Source: an uncultured delta proteobacterium (lineage in GTDB: Bacteria; Desulfobacterota; Binatia; DP-6). From it: 64,000 bases of DNA. Made by a program: the position numbers and the translations under genes. Under the pieces are notes generated by a model. It was not told where the DNA came from. It made no database searches and saw nothing but the letters and a program-made list of their open reading frames with translations. The stretch's first letter is position 1. Every line of letters begins with the position of its first letter. The stretch covers positions 96,001 to 160,000 of the forward strand of contig CAWFFN010000007.1 of assembly GCA_963815115.1 (NCBI GenBank). Direction: 5' to 3'. Below are positions 10,286-19,960 of this stretch, one piece after another.

Positions 10286-11323
10286 TTGCAGGCGGAGCTG
10301 GCACGGCTCCGGGGGGCCGCGGAGGCGGAGATCGCCGCGGCCGAGAGTGCGGAGAGCCTGGAGGCGATCCGCGTGCGCTACCTCGGCCGCAAGGGGTCGC
10401 TGAACGCGATCCTGCGCGGGCTCGGGCAGCTGGCGCCCGAGGAGCGTCCCGCGATGGGGGCGCTCGCCAACGCGGTGCGGGACGCCGTGGCGGCTGCGAT
10501 CGACGGCAAGGCCGAGACGCTCGCCCGCGCCGGCCTCGAGCGGGCGATCGCCGAGGAGCGCCTCGACGTCACGCTGCCCGGGCGGCGCCGCCCCCGGGGA
10601 CATCTCCACCCGTTGCGGCAGATGGAGGACGATCTGGTCGACGTCTTCGTCTCCATGGGGTTCTCCGTCGCCGAGGGTCCGGAGGTCGAGGACGACTTCC
10701 ACAACTTCGGCGGCCTGAACTTCCCGCCCGACCATCCCGCGCGCGACGCGCAGGACACCTTCTTTCTCGCGGGAGGCGACGGTCTCCTGCTGCGCACCCA
10801 CACCTCGCCGGTCCAGCTGCACGTCATGCGCACCACGCCGCCGCCCATCCGCGTGGTGATGCCGGGCGCGTGCTACCGGCGCGACGATCCCGATCCCACA
10901 CACTCGCCGGTGTTCCAGCAGATCGAGGGGCTGCTGATCGACGAGCAGGTGAGCTTCGCCGACCTGAAGGGCGTGCTCACCACGTTCCTGCGCCGCCTCT
11001 TCGGGCCCGCGACCGGGGTGCGCTTCCGCGCCAGCTTCTTCCCGTTCACGGAGCCGAGCGCCGAGGTCGACATCGCCTGCATCAAGTGTCCGGCCGACGC
11101 CCCGCGCGCCGGCTGCCGGATCTGCAAGGGCAGCGGCTGGCTCGAGATCCTGGGCTCCGGGATGGTGCATCCGAACGTCCTGCGCGCCGGGGGCTACGAC
11201 CCCGAGCGCGTTCGCGGCTTCGCCTTCGGCATGGGGATCGATCGCGTGACGCTCCTGTGTCACGAGCTCGACGACCTGCGCCTGCTCTACGACAACGACC
11301 TCCGCTTCCTGGCGCAGTTCTGA
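10286..11323 (+). CDS. pheS: Phenylalanine-tRNA ligase alpha subunit (TTG start)
   Basis: HPARDAQDTF, LRTHTSPVQ, FFPFTEPSAEVD, GFAFGMGIDR. Confidence 0.97.
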   Translation: MQAELARLRGAAEAEIAAAESAESLEAIRVRYLGRKGSLNAILRGLGQLAPEERPAMGALANAVRDAVAAAIDGKAETLARAGLERAIAEERLDVTLPGRRRPRGHLHPLRQMEDDLVDVFVSMGFSVAEGPEVEDDFHNFGGLNFPPDHPARDAQDTFFLAGGDGLLLRTHTSPVQLHVMRTTPPPIRVVMPGACYRRDDPDPTHSPVFQQIEGLLIDEQVSFADLKGVLTTFLRRLFGPATGVRFRASFFPFTEPSAEVDIACIKCPADAPRAGCRICKGSGWLEILGSGMVHPNVLRAGGYDPERVRGFAFGMGIDRVTLLCHELDDLRLLYDNDLRFLAQF

Positions 11324-11335
11324 GGGCCGTCGCTC

Positions 11336-13744
11336 GTGCGCATCCCGCTCAGCTGGCTCGCGGAGGTCGTGTCCTGGGACGAGGGGACCGCCGCGCTCGT
11401 CGATCGCATGACGATGACGGGCCTCAAGGTCGAGGCCGTCGAGGAGGTCGGCGACCTCGACGGCCGCATCCGTGTGGCACGCCTCGAGGCCGTCGAGCCG
11501 CACCCGGAGGCCGACCGCCTGGCGGTCTGCCGGCTCGATGTGGGTGGCGAGCACCTGACGGTCGTCTCGGCCGCGCCCGGATTGCGCCCGGATCGCCGCG
11601 TTGCCGTCGCGCAGGCCGGAGCGAAGCTGCCGGCCGGTCGGGCGGTGGAGGCCGCGGTGCTCCGCGGCGTCACCTCGCAGGGTGTCCTGTGCACGGAGGC
11701 CGACCTCGACCTCGGGGAGGAGACGGGTCGGGTGCTCGAGCTGCCGGGCGCCGCCCCGGGCAGCGCGCTGCGGGACCTCCCGGGGGTGCGGGACACGGTG
11801 GTGGAGCTGGAGATCACCCCGAACCGCGGCGACCTGCTGTCGATCCTGGGCGTGGCGCGCGATCTGGCGGCCGTCCTCGGGGCGCGCGTGCGGGTGCCGC
11901 GCGTGCGGCTGCGCGAGCTGGGACTGCCGGCGGTCGAGCACGTGCGCGTGCAGATCGAGGAGCCGGGGCTGTGTCCCCGGTATGCGGCACGCATCGTGCG
12001 CGGCGTCTCGATCGCCGCGGCCCCGTTCGCCGTGCGCCTGCGGCTGCGGCGCGCGGGCATGCGGCCCATCAACGCCATCGTGGACGCGACCAACTACGTC
12101 ATGCTGGAGCGCGGGCAGCCGCTGCATGCCTTCGACCTGGCGACGGTCGCCGAGGGCACCGTCGTCGTCCGGCGGGCGCGTGCCGGCGAGCGCCTGGTGA
12201 CGCTCGACGGCGTCGAGCGGGCGCTGGTCCCGGACGACCTGGTGATCGCCGACCCGCGCGGGGCGCTGGCGCTCGCGGGCGTCATGGGCGGACGGGCGAG
12301 CGAGGTGACCGACGCGACCCGCGACGTCCTGCTCGAGAGCGCGTTCTTCTCGCCGGCGGCGGTGCGACGGACGAGCCGGCGCCTCGGGCTGCCGTCGCAG
12401 GCCGCCTATCGCTTCGAGCGTCGCGTCGATCCCGACGGCGTGCCGGCGGCGCTCGACGCCGTCGCCGCCATGATGTCCCGGGTGGCGCGCGGCGAGGTCG
12501 CGCCCGGGCGGGTCGAGGAGGCGCCGGGCCTCGCCGCGCTCGCCGCGCGCCCGATTCGCTTCCGGCCCGAGCGCGCTCGGGCGCTGCTCGGGATCGACGT
12601 GTCGCCGTCCGAGATGCGGCGGCGGCTGCGGGCCCTCGGCATGACGTGCAGCCGGGAGGGCGACGCCCTCGTCGTGACCCCGCCGTCGTTCCGCGGCGAC
12701 CTCGCCATCGAGGAGGACCTGGCCGAGGAGGTCGCCCGGATCGGGGGATACGAGGCGATCCCGACGACGCTGCCGTTCGTCCCCGCGTCGGGCGGGGACG
12801 AAGGCGCGCCGCGGCGCATGGCGCGGCACATCCGACGGCTGCTCGTGGCGGAGGGGCTCAGCGAGATGGTGACCCTCTCGCTGACCGATCCCGCGACCAA
12901 TCGCCTGCTTCCCGGATGGGTGGGGGACGGGGTGGCGCCGGTGGTGCTCGCGAACGCGCTCTCCTCCGAGCTGAGCGAGCTGCGCCACTCGCCCCTCGCC
13001 GGGCTGGCGCGGGCGGCGCGACTCAACCGCGCCCACGGCGCCGGCTTCGTCGGGGCCTTCGAGCTGGGCACGGGCTTCGGGCGCGACGGCGAGGGCACCG
13101 TACGCGAGCGGCGCGCCGTCGCCGGGGTGCTGTGCGGCGTCTGGCCCCCGCGGGGCGCGGAGCGTAGCGGGCCCGCCATCGACTTCTTCGACCTGAAGGG
13201 CGTGGTGCAGAACCTCCTCGCCGGCCTGGGGCTGGGGGAGGACGAGGTGCGCTGGCGGCCCGCGGCCGACGTCGCCTTCCTCCATCCCGGCAAGACGGCC
13301 CGGGTGGAGATCGCCGGTCGGACCCTCGGCATCGCCGGAGCGCTGCATCCTGGGGCGGCGCAGGCCCTCGATCTTGCAGGGGAAGTGTGGCTTTTCGAGC
13401 TTGACTTCACGGAGGTAGCCCACTATCGTCCGCGCCGCGTCGCCCTCCGGTCGCTGCCGCGATTTCCCGCGGTCACCCGCGACATCGCCTTGGTGGTCGA
13501 CGAGAGCTTCCTGGCCGAGACGATCCTCGAGGAGATCCGCGCGTTGGCCGATCCGCTGGTTGAATCCGCGAGCCTCTTCGACTGCTACCGGGGGACCCCG
13601 ATTCCCGAGGGGAAGAAGAGCCTGGCGTACACCATCGCCTACCGCGCTGCCGACCGCACGCTGACCGACGACGAGGCGAACGCAGTCCACGACCGTGTGC
13701 GCGCGCATCTGGGCGCGCGGTTCGCCCTCACCCTGCGGAGCTGA
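11336..13744 (+). CDS. pheT: Phenylalanine-tRNA ligase beta subunit
   Basis: ITPNRGDLLS, VDATNYVMLERGQPLHAFD, RFERRVD, EEDLAEEVARI, GKKSLAY. Confidence 0.97.
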   Translation: MRIPLSWLAEVVSWDEGTAALVDRMTMTGLKVEAVEEVGDLDGRIRVARLEAVEPHPEADRLAVCRLDVGGEHLTVVSAAPGLRPDRRVAVAQAGAKLPAGRAVEAAVLRGVTSQGVLCTEADLDLGEETGRVLELPGAAPGSALRDLPGVRDTVVELEITPNRGDLLSILGVARDLAAVLGARVRVPRVRLRELGLPAVEHVRVQIEEPGLCPRYAARIVRGVSIAAAPFAVRLRLRRAGMRPINAIVDATNYVMLERGQPLHAFDLATVAEGTVVVRRARAGERLVTLDGVERALVPDDLVIADPRGALALAGVMGGRASEVTDATRDVLLESAFFSPAAVRRTSRRLGLPSQAAYRFERRVDPDGVPAALDAVAAMMSRVARGEVAPGRVEEAPGLAALAARPIRFRPERARALLGIDVSPSEMRRRLRALGMTCSREGDALVVTPPSFRGDLAIEEDLAEEVARIGGYEAIPTTLPFVPASGGDEGAPRRMARHIRRLLVAEGLSEMVTLSLTDPATNRLLPGWVGDGVAPVVLANALSSELSELRHSPLAGLARAARLNRAHGAGFVGAFELGTGFGRDGEGTVRERRAVAGVLCGVWPPRGAERSGPAIDFFDLKGVVQNLLAGLGLGEDEVRWRPAADVAFLHPGKTARVEIAGRTLGIAGALHPGAAQALDLAGEVWLFELDFTEVAHYRPRRVALRSLPRFPAVTRDIALVVDESFLAETILEEIRALADPLVESASLFDCYRGTPIPEGKKSLAYTIAYRAADRTLTDDEANAVHDRVRAHLGARFALTLRS

Positions 13745-13751
13745 CCCAACC

Positions 13752-14060
13752 ATGACGATGACCAAGGCCGACATCGTCGAGCGGATCTACGAGAAGGTGG
13801 GTTTTTCTAAGAAGGAAGCCACCGAGATCGTGGAGTCCCTCTTCGAGGTCGTGAAACGGCGTCTGGAGGCGGGGGAGAAGGTGAAGGTGTCGGGCTTCGG
13901 GAACTTCGTCGTGAACGAGAAGCGCCCGCGCAAGGGACGCAACCCGCAGACCGGCGAGGAGATCGTCATCACCGGGCGCCGCGTGCTCACCTTCAAGGCG
14001 AGCCAGGTGCTCAAGAAGACGATGAACGGCGACGGGACGGCGGGCTCCGACGGGGCGTGA
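13752..14060 (+). CDS. ihfA: Integration host factor alpha subunit
   Basis: MTKADIVE...VSGFGNF...GRNPQTGEEI; follows pheT. Confidence 0.93.
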   Translation: MTMTKADIVERIYEKVGFSKKEATEIVESLFEVVKRRLEAGEKVKVSGFGNFVVNEKRPRKGRNPQTGEEIVITGRRVLTFKASQVLKKTMNGDGTAGSDGA

Positions 14061-14077
14061 GCGAGCTGCTGCTTCTG

Positions 14078-14440
14078 CTACGGAGCGGTCACCTGAGAGA
14101 TGCAGTTGTTGCTCGCATTCTCCATGCAGAGCGTCAGGCGGCCCTTGCTGGAAGAGAGCCCGAGGGCCCGGCAGTAGGACGGTCCCGGCGTCGTGTCCGT
14201 CGTGAAGTTGGTCAGGCCGGGACCCAGGGTTCCGGTCGATTGCGACACCACGCTGGCGCTGAACGCCCCGACGATCTGCACGGTGACGTCCGCCGGCTTC
14301 GTGCCGACGTTCGTGACGATGCACGTGACCTCGGTAGCGGTTCCCGGAAACAGCGTGGGCGTCACCAGGGGGGCGGCAAGGGCGAGGTCTCCGAGGGTCA
14401 GGACGCCTCCGACGGCCACGAGCATGGCCAGTTTCGACAT
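14078..14440 (-). CDS. Small secreted hypothetical protein (signal peptide, 4 Cys)
   Basis: GGAGG RBS, MSKLAMLVAVGGVLTLGDLALA signal, VTCIVTNVGT, coding-like codon usage. Confidence 0.65.
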   Translation of the reverse strand: MSKLAMLVAVGGVLTLGDLALAAPLVTPTLFPGTATEVTCIVTNVGTKPADVTVQIVGAFSASVVSQSTGTLGPGLTNFTTDTTPGPSYCRALGLSSSKGRLTLCMENASNNCISQVTAP

Positions 14441-14598
14441 GCGCACCTCCTCCGAGCCGAGCTCGGCCCGTTCGTTCGGATCCGTGAAGCGTCCCCCCGA
14501 TGTCCGGAGGGTGTCAAGCCAGGTCTCCTTGAGGAGGATCACCGGAACGCGCATCCTGGCCGACGCCGTCGCACGCCGACGGACATCGAGGACCACGG

Positions 14599-15486
14599 GT
14601 GACGACTCTCGATTGGTATGGCTGCGCGACCTTCCGCCTGCGCACCGCCGGACGCACGATATTCCTCGATGCATACATCGACCGCGTCGCCGGCGCTGCC
14701 GGCACGGGGCTCACCGCCGACGCCATCGATGCGTGCGATTGGATCCTCGTCGGGCATTCCCATTTCGATCACCTCTGGGGCGCCGAACGCATCATGCGCA
14801 ACACGCACGCCCGGCTCGCCGGCAGCTACGAGACGATCCGCGTCATGGAGGCAGCGGGGGTGCCCTTCGATCGGATGACGCCGGTCGCCGGCGGCGAGAC
14901 GGTCGACCTCGGCGGCGGCGTGCGGGTGTCGGTATACCCCAGTCAGCACTCGTGCGTCTGGTCACACGGGCAGATGGCGCAGGCCGACCAGGTCTGCATC
15001 GGAGACCTCGGCGTCACGCTGCAGGAGCAGCAACGCCGCTTCGGTGAGCTCGTGTCGCACTTGACCAACCTCGGGAGGACGACGCTCGACCACCTGGTCG
15101 CGAGCAATCAGGGGGCGCGTGGTGACGGCGGCGCGCTCGTCTATCTCCTCGAGACGCCGGATGGCAGCATCCTCTATCAGGACACGTCGGGCCACTGGAG
15201 CGGAGTCCTTCGCGACCTGCGCCCGGACGTGGCGATCCTGGCAGCCGCGGGACGCGGAAACATCGACGGGCAACCCATCCAGGGGAGCCTCGCGCAGTTC
15301 GTCGCCCGCCAGGTCGACCTGGTACGCCCGCGGCGCGTGGTGCTCTGCCACCACGACGACTGGCTTCCGGGCTTTTCGGTCGCGACGGACGTCGCGCCGA
15401 TCCGGCGAGAAATGGAGAGGGTGGCGCCGCGCACGGCGCTGGTCGAGGTCGGATACGTCGCCGCAGCGCCGATCCTGGCGCTGTGA
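14599..15486 (+). CDS. MBL-fold metallo-hydrolase (UlaG-like)
   Basis: LDWYGCATF, GHSHFDH, CHHD metal motifs. Confidence 0.85.
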   Translation: MTTLDWYGCATFRLRTAGRTIFLDAYIDRVAGAAGTGLTADAIDACDWILVGHSHFDHLWGAERIMRNTHARLAGSYETIRVMEAAGVPFDRMTPVAGGETVDLGGGVRVSVYPSQHSCVWSHGQMAQADQVCIGDLGVTLQEQQRRFGELVSHLTNLGRTTLDHLVASNQGARGDGGALVYLLETPDGSILYQDTSGHWSGVLRDLRPDVAILAAAGRGNIDGQPIQGSLAQFVARQVDLVRPRRVVLCHHDDWLPGFSVATDVAPIRREMERVAPRTALVEVGYVAAAPILAL

Positions 15487-15597
15487 CGAGGGACCTCCGA
15501 CTGCCAGGGCGGACCCATCTCCAGCCGACGCGCATGTGCGGATCCGTACCGAGGCCGCATTGACGCTGGCCGTGCCCGTCGGCTAGCGGTGCGCCGC

Positions 15598-16338
15598 ATG
15601 GGGCTTTCCCTTCGCGGCATCAGGTCGTCGCCTGCCCTCAACGCCGTGGGACTTCTCGCGGTCGGGCTGTTCGTCCTGGGACCGCTGCTCGCCAAGCTGC
15701 ACATCGCACCCGCCCTGGGCGGCTTCGTCCTCTTCGCGCTCGGCGGCCTGCTGGCGCTGGTGGTGGCAATCATGGGCGTCGTCGGCGCGCTGCGCGGACG
15801 CGGCTTCGGCCGCGGCGGGGTGCTGGCGGCCACGGTCGCGGCGCTCGTGTTTCTCTGGCTGGCGATCGTGCAGGGGGGCTCGGCGCCGCTGATCAACGAC
15901 TACACGACCGACCCGGCCGACCCGCCGGCCTTCAAGCAGGATGCGAGCCTGCCGGCCAACGTCGGGAGGGACATGGGCTACCCGCAGGCGTTCGCCGAGG
16001 TGCAGCGCGGCTGCTGCGCCGATCTCGCCCCGCAGCGCCTCGCGCTCGATCCGGCCGCCGCCTTCGCCGTGGTCGACAGCGTGGCGACCGCCATGCCCCA
16101 CTGGACGGTCACGCGTCGCGACCCGCAGGCCGGCGAGCTGGAGGCCGTGGTCACGAGCGCCATCTTCGGCTTCGAGGACGACGTCGTGATCCGCGTGCGG
16201 CCGCATCCCACCGGCGCCAGCATCGTCGACATGCGGTCCAAGTCGCGCAACGGCAAGGGCGATCGCGGGGTCAACGCCGCCCGCATCCGCACCTTCCAGG
16301 GCGCGCTGGCCGGACGGGCAGGTGCCGGGACGCGGTGA
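15598..16338 (+). CDS. DUF1499 family membrane protein
   Basis: N-terminal TMs, INDYTTD, FGFEDDVVIRV, DMRSKSRNGKGDRGVNAARI. Confidence 0.85.
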   Translation: MGLSLRGIRSSPALNAVGLLAVGLFVLGPLLAKLHIAPALGGFVLFALGGLLALVVAIMGVVGALRGRGFGRGGVLAATVAALVFLWLAIVQGGSAPLINDYTTDPADPPAFKQDASLPANVGRDMGYPQAFAEVQRGCCADLAPQRLALDPAAAFAVVDSVATAMPHWTVTRRDPQAGELEAVVTSAIFGFEDDVVIRVRPHPTGASIVDMRSKSRNGKGDRGVNAARIRTFQGALAGRAGAGTR

Positions 16339-16456
16339 GACGCGTCCTCCTCGGTGTCCTCGCCCTGCGCGCCGTCGTGGCGCTGGTACACCGGACGACA
16401 CGCGACCGCCGCCGCCTTGACCCCCGGGCGCGGAGCCCCTAAGACTCGCTCGACGC

Positions 16457-16530
16457 CGGGGCGTGGCGCAGCCAGGTAGCGCACTCGCTTGGGGTGCGAG
16501 TGGTCGGCCGTTCAAATCGGCTCGCCCCGA
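16457..16530 (+). tRNA. tRNA-Pro (GGG), CCA not encoded
   Basis: Acceptor CGGGGCG/CGCCCCG, CTCGC-TTGGGGT-GCGAG anticodon arm, GTTCAAATC T-loop. Confidence 0.95.
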
Positions 16531-16601
16531 CTCAGCGTGCAGCCGAGGCGGCGTCGTGTGCTTGCAGCGTCGCCGCCTTGGTGGCACGCTCCTCGCGCTC
16601 G

Positions 16602-17366
16602 ATGCCGCCCGCGCCGCTCATCCTGGTCTCCAACGACGATGGCATCCACTCGGACGGGTTGCGGGCCCTCGCGGACGCCGTCGCCGCGCACGGTCGCGTC
16701 GTGGTGGTCGCGCCCGACCGCGAGCAGAGCGCCGTCAGCCACGCGCTCACCCTGCACCGGCCGCTGCGCATCGACGAGGTCGACCCCGGCCGCTACACCG
16801 TCGACGGCACGCCCACCGATTGCGTCAACCTCGCCATCAACGGGATCCTCAGCGAGCGGCCCGCGCTGGTGATCTCGGGCATCAACAAGGGCGCGAACCT
16901 GGGTGACGACGTCACCTACTCCGGCACCGTGAGCGCCGCGATGGAGGGAACACTGCTCGGCGTGCCCTCGATCGCCGTGTCGCAGATCGGCCGCGGGCCG
17001 TACGACTTCGCGATCGCGGCCGCCTTCACGGCGGAGCTGGTGGCGCGCGTGCTGGCGGCGCCGCTGCCGGCGGATACGCTGCTCAACGTGAACGTGCCCC
17101 AGTTCCGGGACGGCGAGCGCCCGCGCGGCGTCGAGCTCACGCGCATGGGCAAGCGTCGCTACGGCGACGCGATCATCGAGAAGGTCGATCCGAGAGGACG
17201 GAAGTACTACTGGATCGGCGGCGAGGAGCTGTCGTTCATCGAGGAGGAGGGCACGGACTTCGACGCCGTCAGCCGGGGACGTATCTCGCTGACGCCCATC
17301 CACCTCGACCTCACCAACTACGCGTCCTTCGACGCGCTGCGCCCGCTGGTGGGCTCGTGGTCGTAG
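16602..17366 (+). CDS. surE: 5'/3'-nucleotidase SurE
   Basis: ILVSNDDG, DGTPTDCV, SGINKGANLG, YSGTVSAA. Confidence 0.96.
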   Translation: MPPAPLILVSNDDGIHSDGLRALADAVAAHGRVVVVAPDREQSAVSHALTLHRPLRIDEVDPGRYTVDGTPTDCVNLAINGILSERPALVISGINKGANLGDDVTYSGTVSAAMEGTLLGVPSIAVSQIGRGPYDFAIAAAFTAELVARVLAAPLPADTLLNVNVPQFRDGERPRGVELTRMGKRRYGDAIIEKVDPRGRKYYWIGGEELSFIEEEGTDFDAVSRGRISLTPIHLDLTNYASFDALRPLVGSWS

Positions 17367-18034
17367 CGCAGAGGTCGGGCCGCATGGCCTTCGAGCGCGC
17401 GCGTGAGGACATGGTGAGCCGGCAGCTCGCAGCGCGCGGCATCCGGGATGCGCGCGTGCTGGACGCCATGCGGCGCGTTCCGCGCGACCGCTTCGTCGCG
17501 GCCGAGCTGGCCGAGCACGCCCACGACGACACGCCGCTCCCGATCGGCGAGCGCCAGACCATCTCGCAGCCCTACATGGTCGCGCTGATGAGCGAAGCGC
17601 TCGACCTGCGCGGCGCGGAGCCGCGCGTCCTGGAGGTGGGGACCGGCTCCGGCTACCAGGCGGCGGTGCTCGCGGCCATGGGCGCTCGCGTGTTCACCAT
17701 CGAACGTCTGCCGGCGCTGGCGGCGCGTGCCCGCGCGGTGCTCGCCGAGATCGGCCTCGACGAACGCGTGCGCGTGCTCGACGGCGACGGCACGCTCGGC
17801 TGGCCGGACGAGGCACCCTACGACGGCATCGTGATCACCGCCGGCGCGCCGCAGGTTCCGCGGCCGCTGCTCGCGCAGCTCACGCTCGGCGGCACCCTCG
17901 TCCTGCCGATAGGCGAGCAGGACGTGCAGACCCTGGTGCGGTTGCGCCGCGCCCCGCAGGGGCTCGTCGAGGACTACCTCGGCGAGTGCCGCTTCGTGAA
18001 GCTGCGCGGCGCATACGGCTGGAACGAGCCCTGA
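17357..18034 (+). CDS. pcm: Protein-L-isoaspartate O-methyltransferase (start may be ATG 17384)
   Basis: [37 protein letters not shown]; follows surE. Confidence 0.95.
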   Translation: MVVAQRSGRMAFERAREDMVSRQLAARGIRDARVLDAMRRVPRDRFVAAELAEHAHDDTPLPIGERQTISQPYMVALMSEALDLRGAEPRVLEVGTGSGYQAAVLAAMGARVFTIERLPALAARARAVLAEIGLDERVRVLDGDGTLGWPDEAPYDGIVITAGAPQVPRPLLAQLTLGGTLVLPIGEQDVQTLVRLRRAPQGLVEDYLGECRFVKLRGAYGWNEP

Positions 18035-18059
18035 CCCCCAGATGCAGGAACCGGAGGCC

Positions 18060-18572
18060 ATGAGCGAACTGAAGCGGCACATCCGCGACATCCCCGACTT
18101 CCCCAAGCCTGGTATCCTCTTCAAGGACATCACGCCGCTCCTCGCGGACGCGGGTGCCTTCCGGGCCGCCATCGACGCCCTGATCGAACCCTTCCGGGGG
18201 CGCGTCGATCTGGTGCTCGGTATCGAGTCGCGCGGCTTCATCGTCGGCGCGGCCGCGGCGTACGCGCTCGCTACCGGCATCGCGGTGGTGCGCAAGCCGG
18301 GCAAGCTGCCCTATCGCACCCATCGGGCGAGCTACGCGCTGGAGTACGGCACCGACAGCCTCGAGATCCACCACGATGCGCTCGACCACGAGACCCGGGT
18401 GCTGCTGGTCGACGACCTGCTCGCCACCGGCGGGACGGCGAGCGCCGCCGTCGACCTGGTGCGGCAGTGCGGGGGCGGCGTGGTGGGCTGTGCCTTCCTG
18501 ATCGAGCTGACGGCCCTGGGCGGCCGGGCGCGACTCGCCGGGCACGAGGTCCACGCGCTGATGTCCTATTGA
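18060..18572 (+). CDS. apt: Adenine phosphoribosyltransferase
   Basis: [34 protein letters not shown]. Confidence 0.96.
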   Translation: MSELKRHIRDIPDFPKPGILFKDITPLLADAGAFRAAIDALIEPFRGRVDLVLGIESRGFIVGAAAAYALATGIAVVRKPGKLPYRTHRASYALEYGTDSLEIHHDALDHETRVLLVDDLLATGGTASAAVDLVRQCGGGVVGCAFLIELTALGGRARLAGHEVHALMSY

Positions 18573-18584
18573 GCGCGGGGGACC

Positions 18585-19490
18585 ATGAGCGACCGGGAGC
18601 ACGCGCGCGAGATGGGGGCGGTGCGCACCGGCCTGGCCGCGAGCTCGGTGCTCTGCCTCGTGGAGCTCGCCGGCGGCTGGTTCAGCAACAGTCTGGCGCT
18701 GCTCACCGATGCCGCGCACATGCTCACCGACGTCGCCGCGCTCGCGCTGACCCTCTTCGCGCTCTGGATCGCCGGCCGGCCCGCCAGCGAGCGCAAGACG
18801 TTCGGCTACTACCGCGCCGAGATCCTGGCCGCGCTCGTGAACGGGGTCGTGCTGTGCGTGCTGGTGCTCGGCATCATCCTCGAGGCATGGCAGCGCCTGC
18901 AACGGCCTCCCGCCGTGCGGGCCGGCATGATGCTCGTGTTCGCCGTCGGCGGCCTGCTGGTGAATCTCTTCGTGGCGCACGGCCTGCGCGTGCACCAGGA
19001 ACGCAGCCTCAACCTGCGCGGCGCGTACCTGCACGTCGTCTCCGACCTGCTCGGGTCGCTCGGCGCGATCCTCGCGGGCGCCGTCATCCTGACCTTCGGC
19101 TGGAACGCGATCGACCCGCTCGTCAGCCTGCTGATCGCGGGGCTCATCCTCTTCTCGTCGTGGAAGCTCGTGCGCGAGGCGGTAGACGTGCTCATGGAAG
19201 CCGTGCCGTCCCACGTCGACGTCGACCGGCTCGAGCGCGCGCTGGCGGCAGTACCGGGAGTCGAGGAGGTCCACGACCTGCACGTCTGGACCCTCACCAC
19301 CGGGCGCCACGCCCTCTCGGCGCACGTGGTCGCGAGTGGGCCGGTGTCCGACGACACGCTGCTCGCCGCCGTGAGCGACGTGTGCCGGTGCGACTTCCAG
19401 GTGGAGCACACGACCATCCAGGTCGAGCACGAGAACCAGCGGCTGCGCGAGCCGGCGGCGTGCGCCGATCGGCAGCCGCGAGCGGGATGA
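18585..19490 (+). CDS. Cation diffusion facilitator (CzcD/ZitB-like)
   Basis: SLALLTDAAHMLTD, TFGYYRAEIL, NLRGAYLHVVSD, HDLHVW. Confidence 0.92.
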   Translation: MSDREHAREMGAVRTGLAASSVLCLVELAGGWFSNSLALLTDAAHMLTDVAALALTLFALWIAGRPASERKTFGYYRAEILAALVNGVVLCVLVLGIILEAWQRLQRPPAVRAGMMLVFAVGGLLVNLFVAHGLRVHQERSLNLRGAYLHVVSDLLGSLGAILAGAVILTFGWNAIDPLVSLLIAGLILFSSWKLVREAVDVLMEAVPSHVDVDRLERALAAVPGVEEVHDLHVWTLTTGRHALSAHVVASGPVSDDTLLAAVSDVCRCDFQVEHTTIQVEHENQRLREPAACADRQPRAG

Positions 19491-19546
19491 GGGCCGGGCG
19501 CCTTCCTGCTATCGATGGTCGTGTGCTGCATGCCGGAGACGCCGCC

Positions 19547-19960
19547 GTGTCGGTGCGCGAGTTCGCGCACACGGCCGACGTCGGATTCGAGGTCGAGGCG
19601 CCCACCATGGAGGCGCTCTTCGAGGGGGCGGCGCTCGGCCTCTCGGCGGCCATCGCGGACCTCGACGGCGTCGCGGCCCGCGAGCGCCGCACGGTGACCG
19701 TGTCGGCGGTGGACCGCACGGCCCTGCTGCACGACTTCCTGCACGCCATCCTCCTGCTCGCCCAGGTCGATGGCTTCCTGGTCTCGGGGATCGAGGTGGT
19801 GGCGATCGACGGCGAGGCGGTGCGCGCCGTCGTCGCCGGCGAGCCCGTCGATCCCGCCCGCCACCGCCTGCACGGCGAGGTGAAAGCCGTCACCTGGCAC
19901 GGCCTCGCGGTCGAGCAAACCGCCAGCGGCTGGCACGCGCGCATTCTCCTCGACGTATGA
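19547..19960 (+). CDS. Archease
   Basis: EFAHTADVGFEV N-terminus, EVKAVTWHGL...ARILLDV C-terminus; stop overlaps rtcB start. Confidence 0.9.
   Translation: MSVREFAHTADVGFEVEAPTMEALFEGAALGLSAAIADLDGVAARERRTVTVSAVDRTALLHDFLHAILLLAQVDGFLVSGIEVVAIDGEAVRAVVAGEPVDPARHRLHGEVKAVTWHGLAVEQTASGWHARILLDV

Noticed and set aside
11070-11135. CxxC...CxxC insert in PheS
   Set aside because: A common variant in many bacterial PheS proteins.
9476-13774. 1432-aa minus-strand ORF and other long antisense/shadow ORFs (e.g. 4871..7078, 46498..48918, 50855..54154 N-part)
   Set aside because: They lie opposite or overlap well-supported genes, are low-complexity R/A/G/P-rich, and are expected in high-GC DNA.
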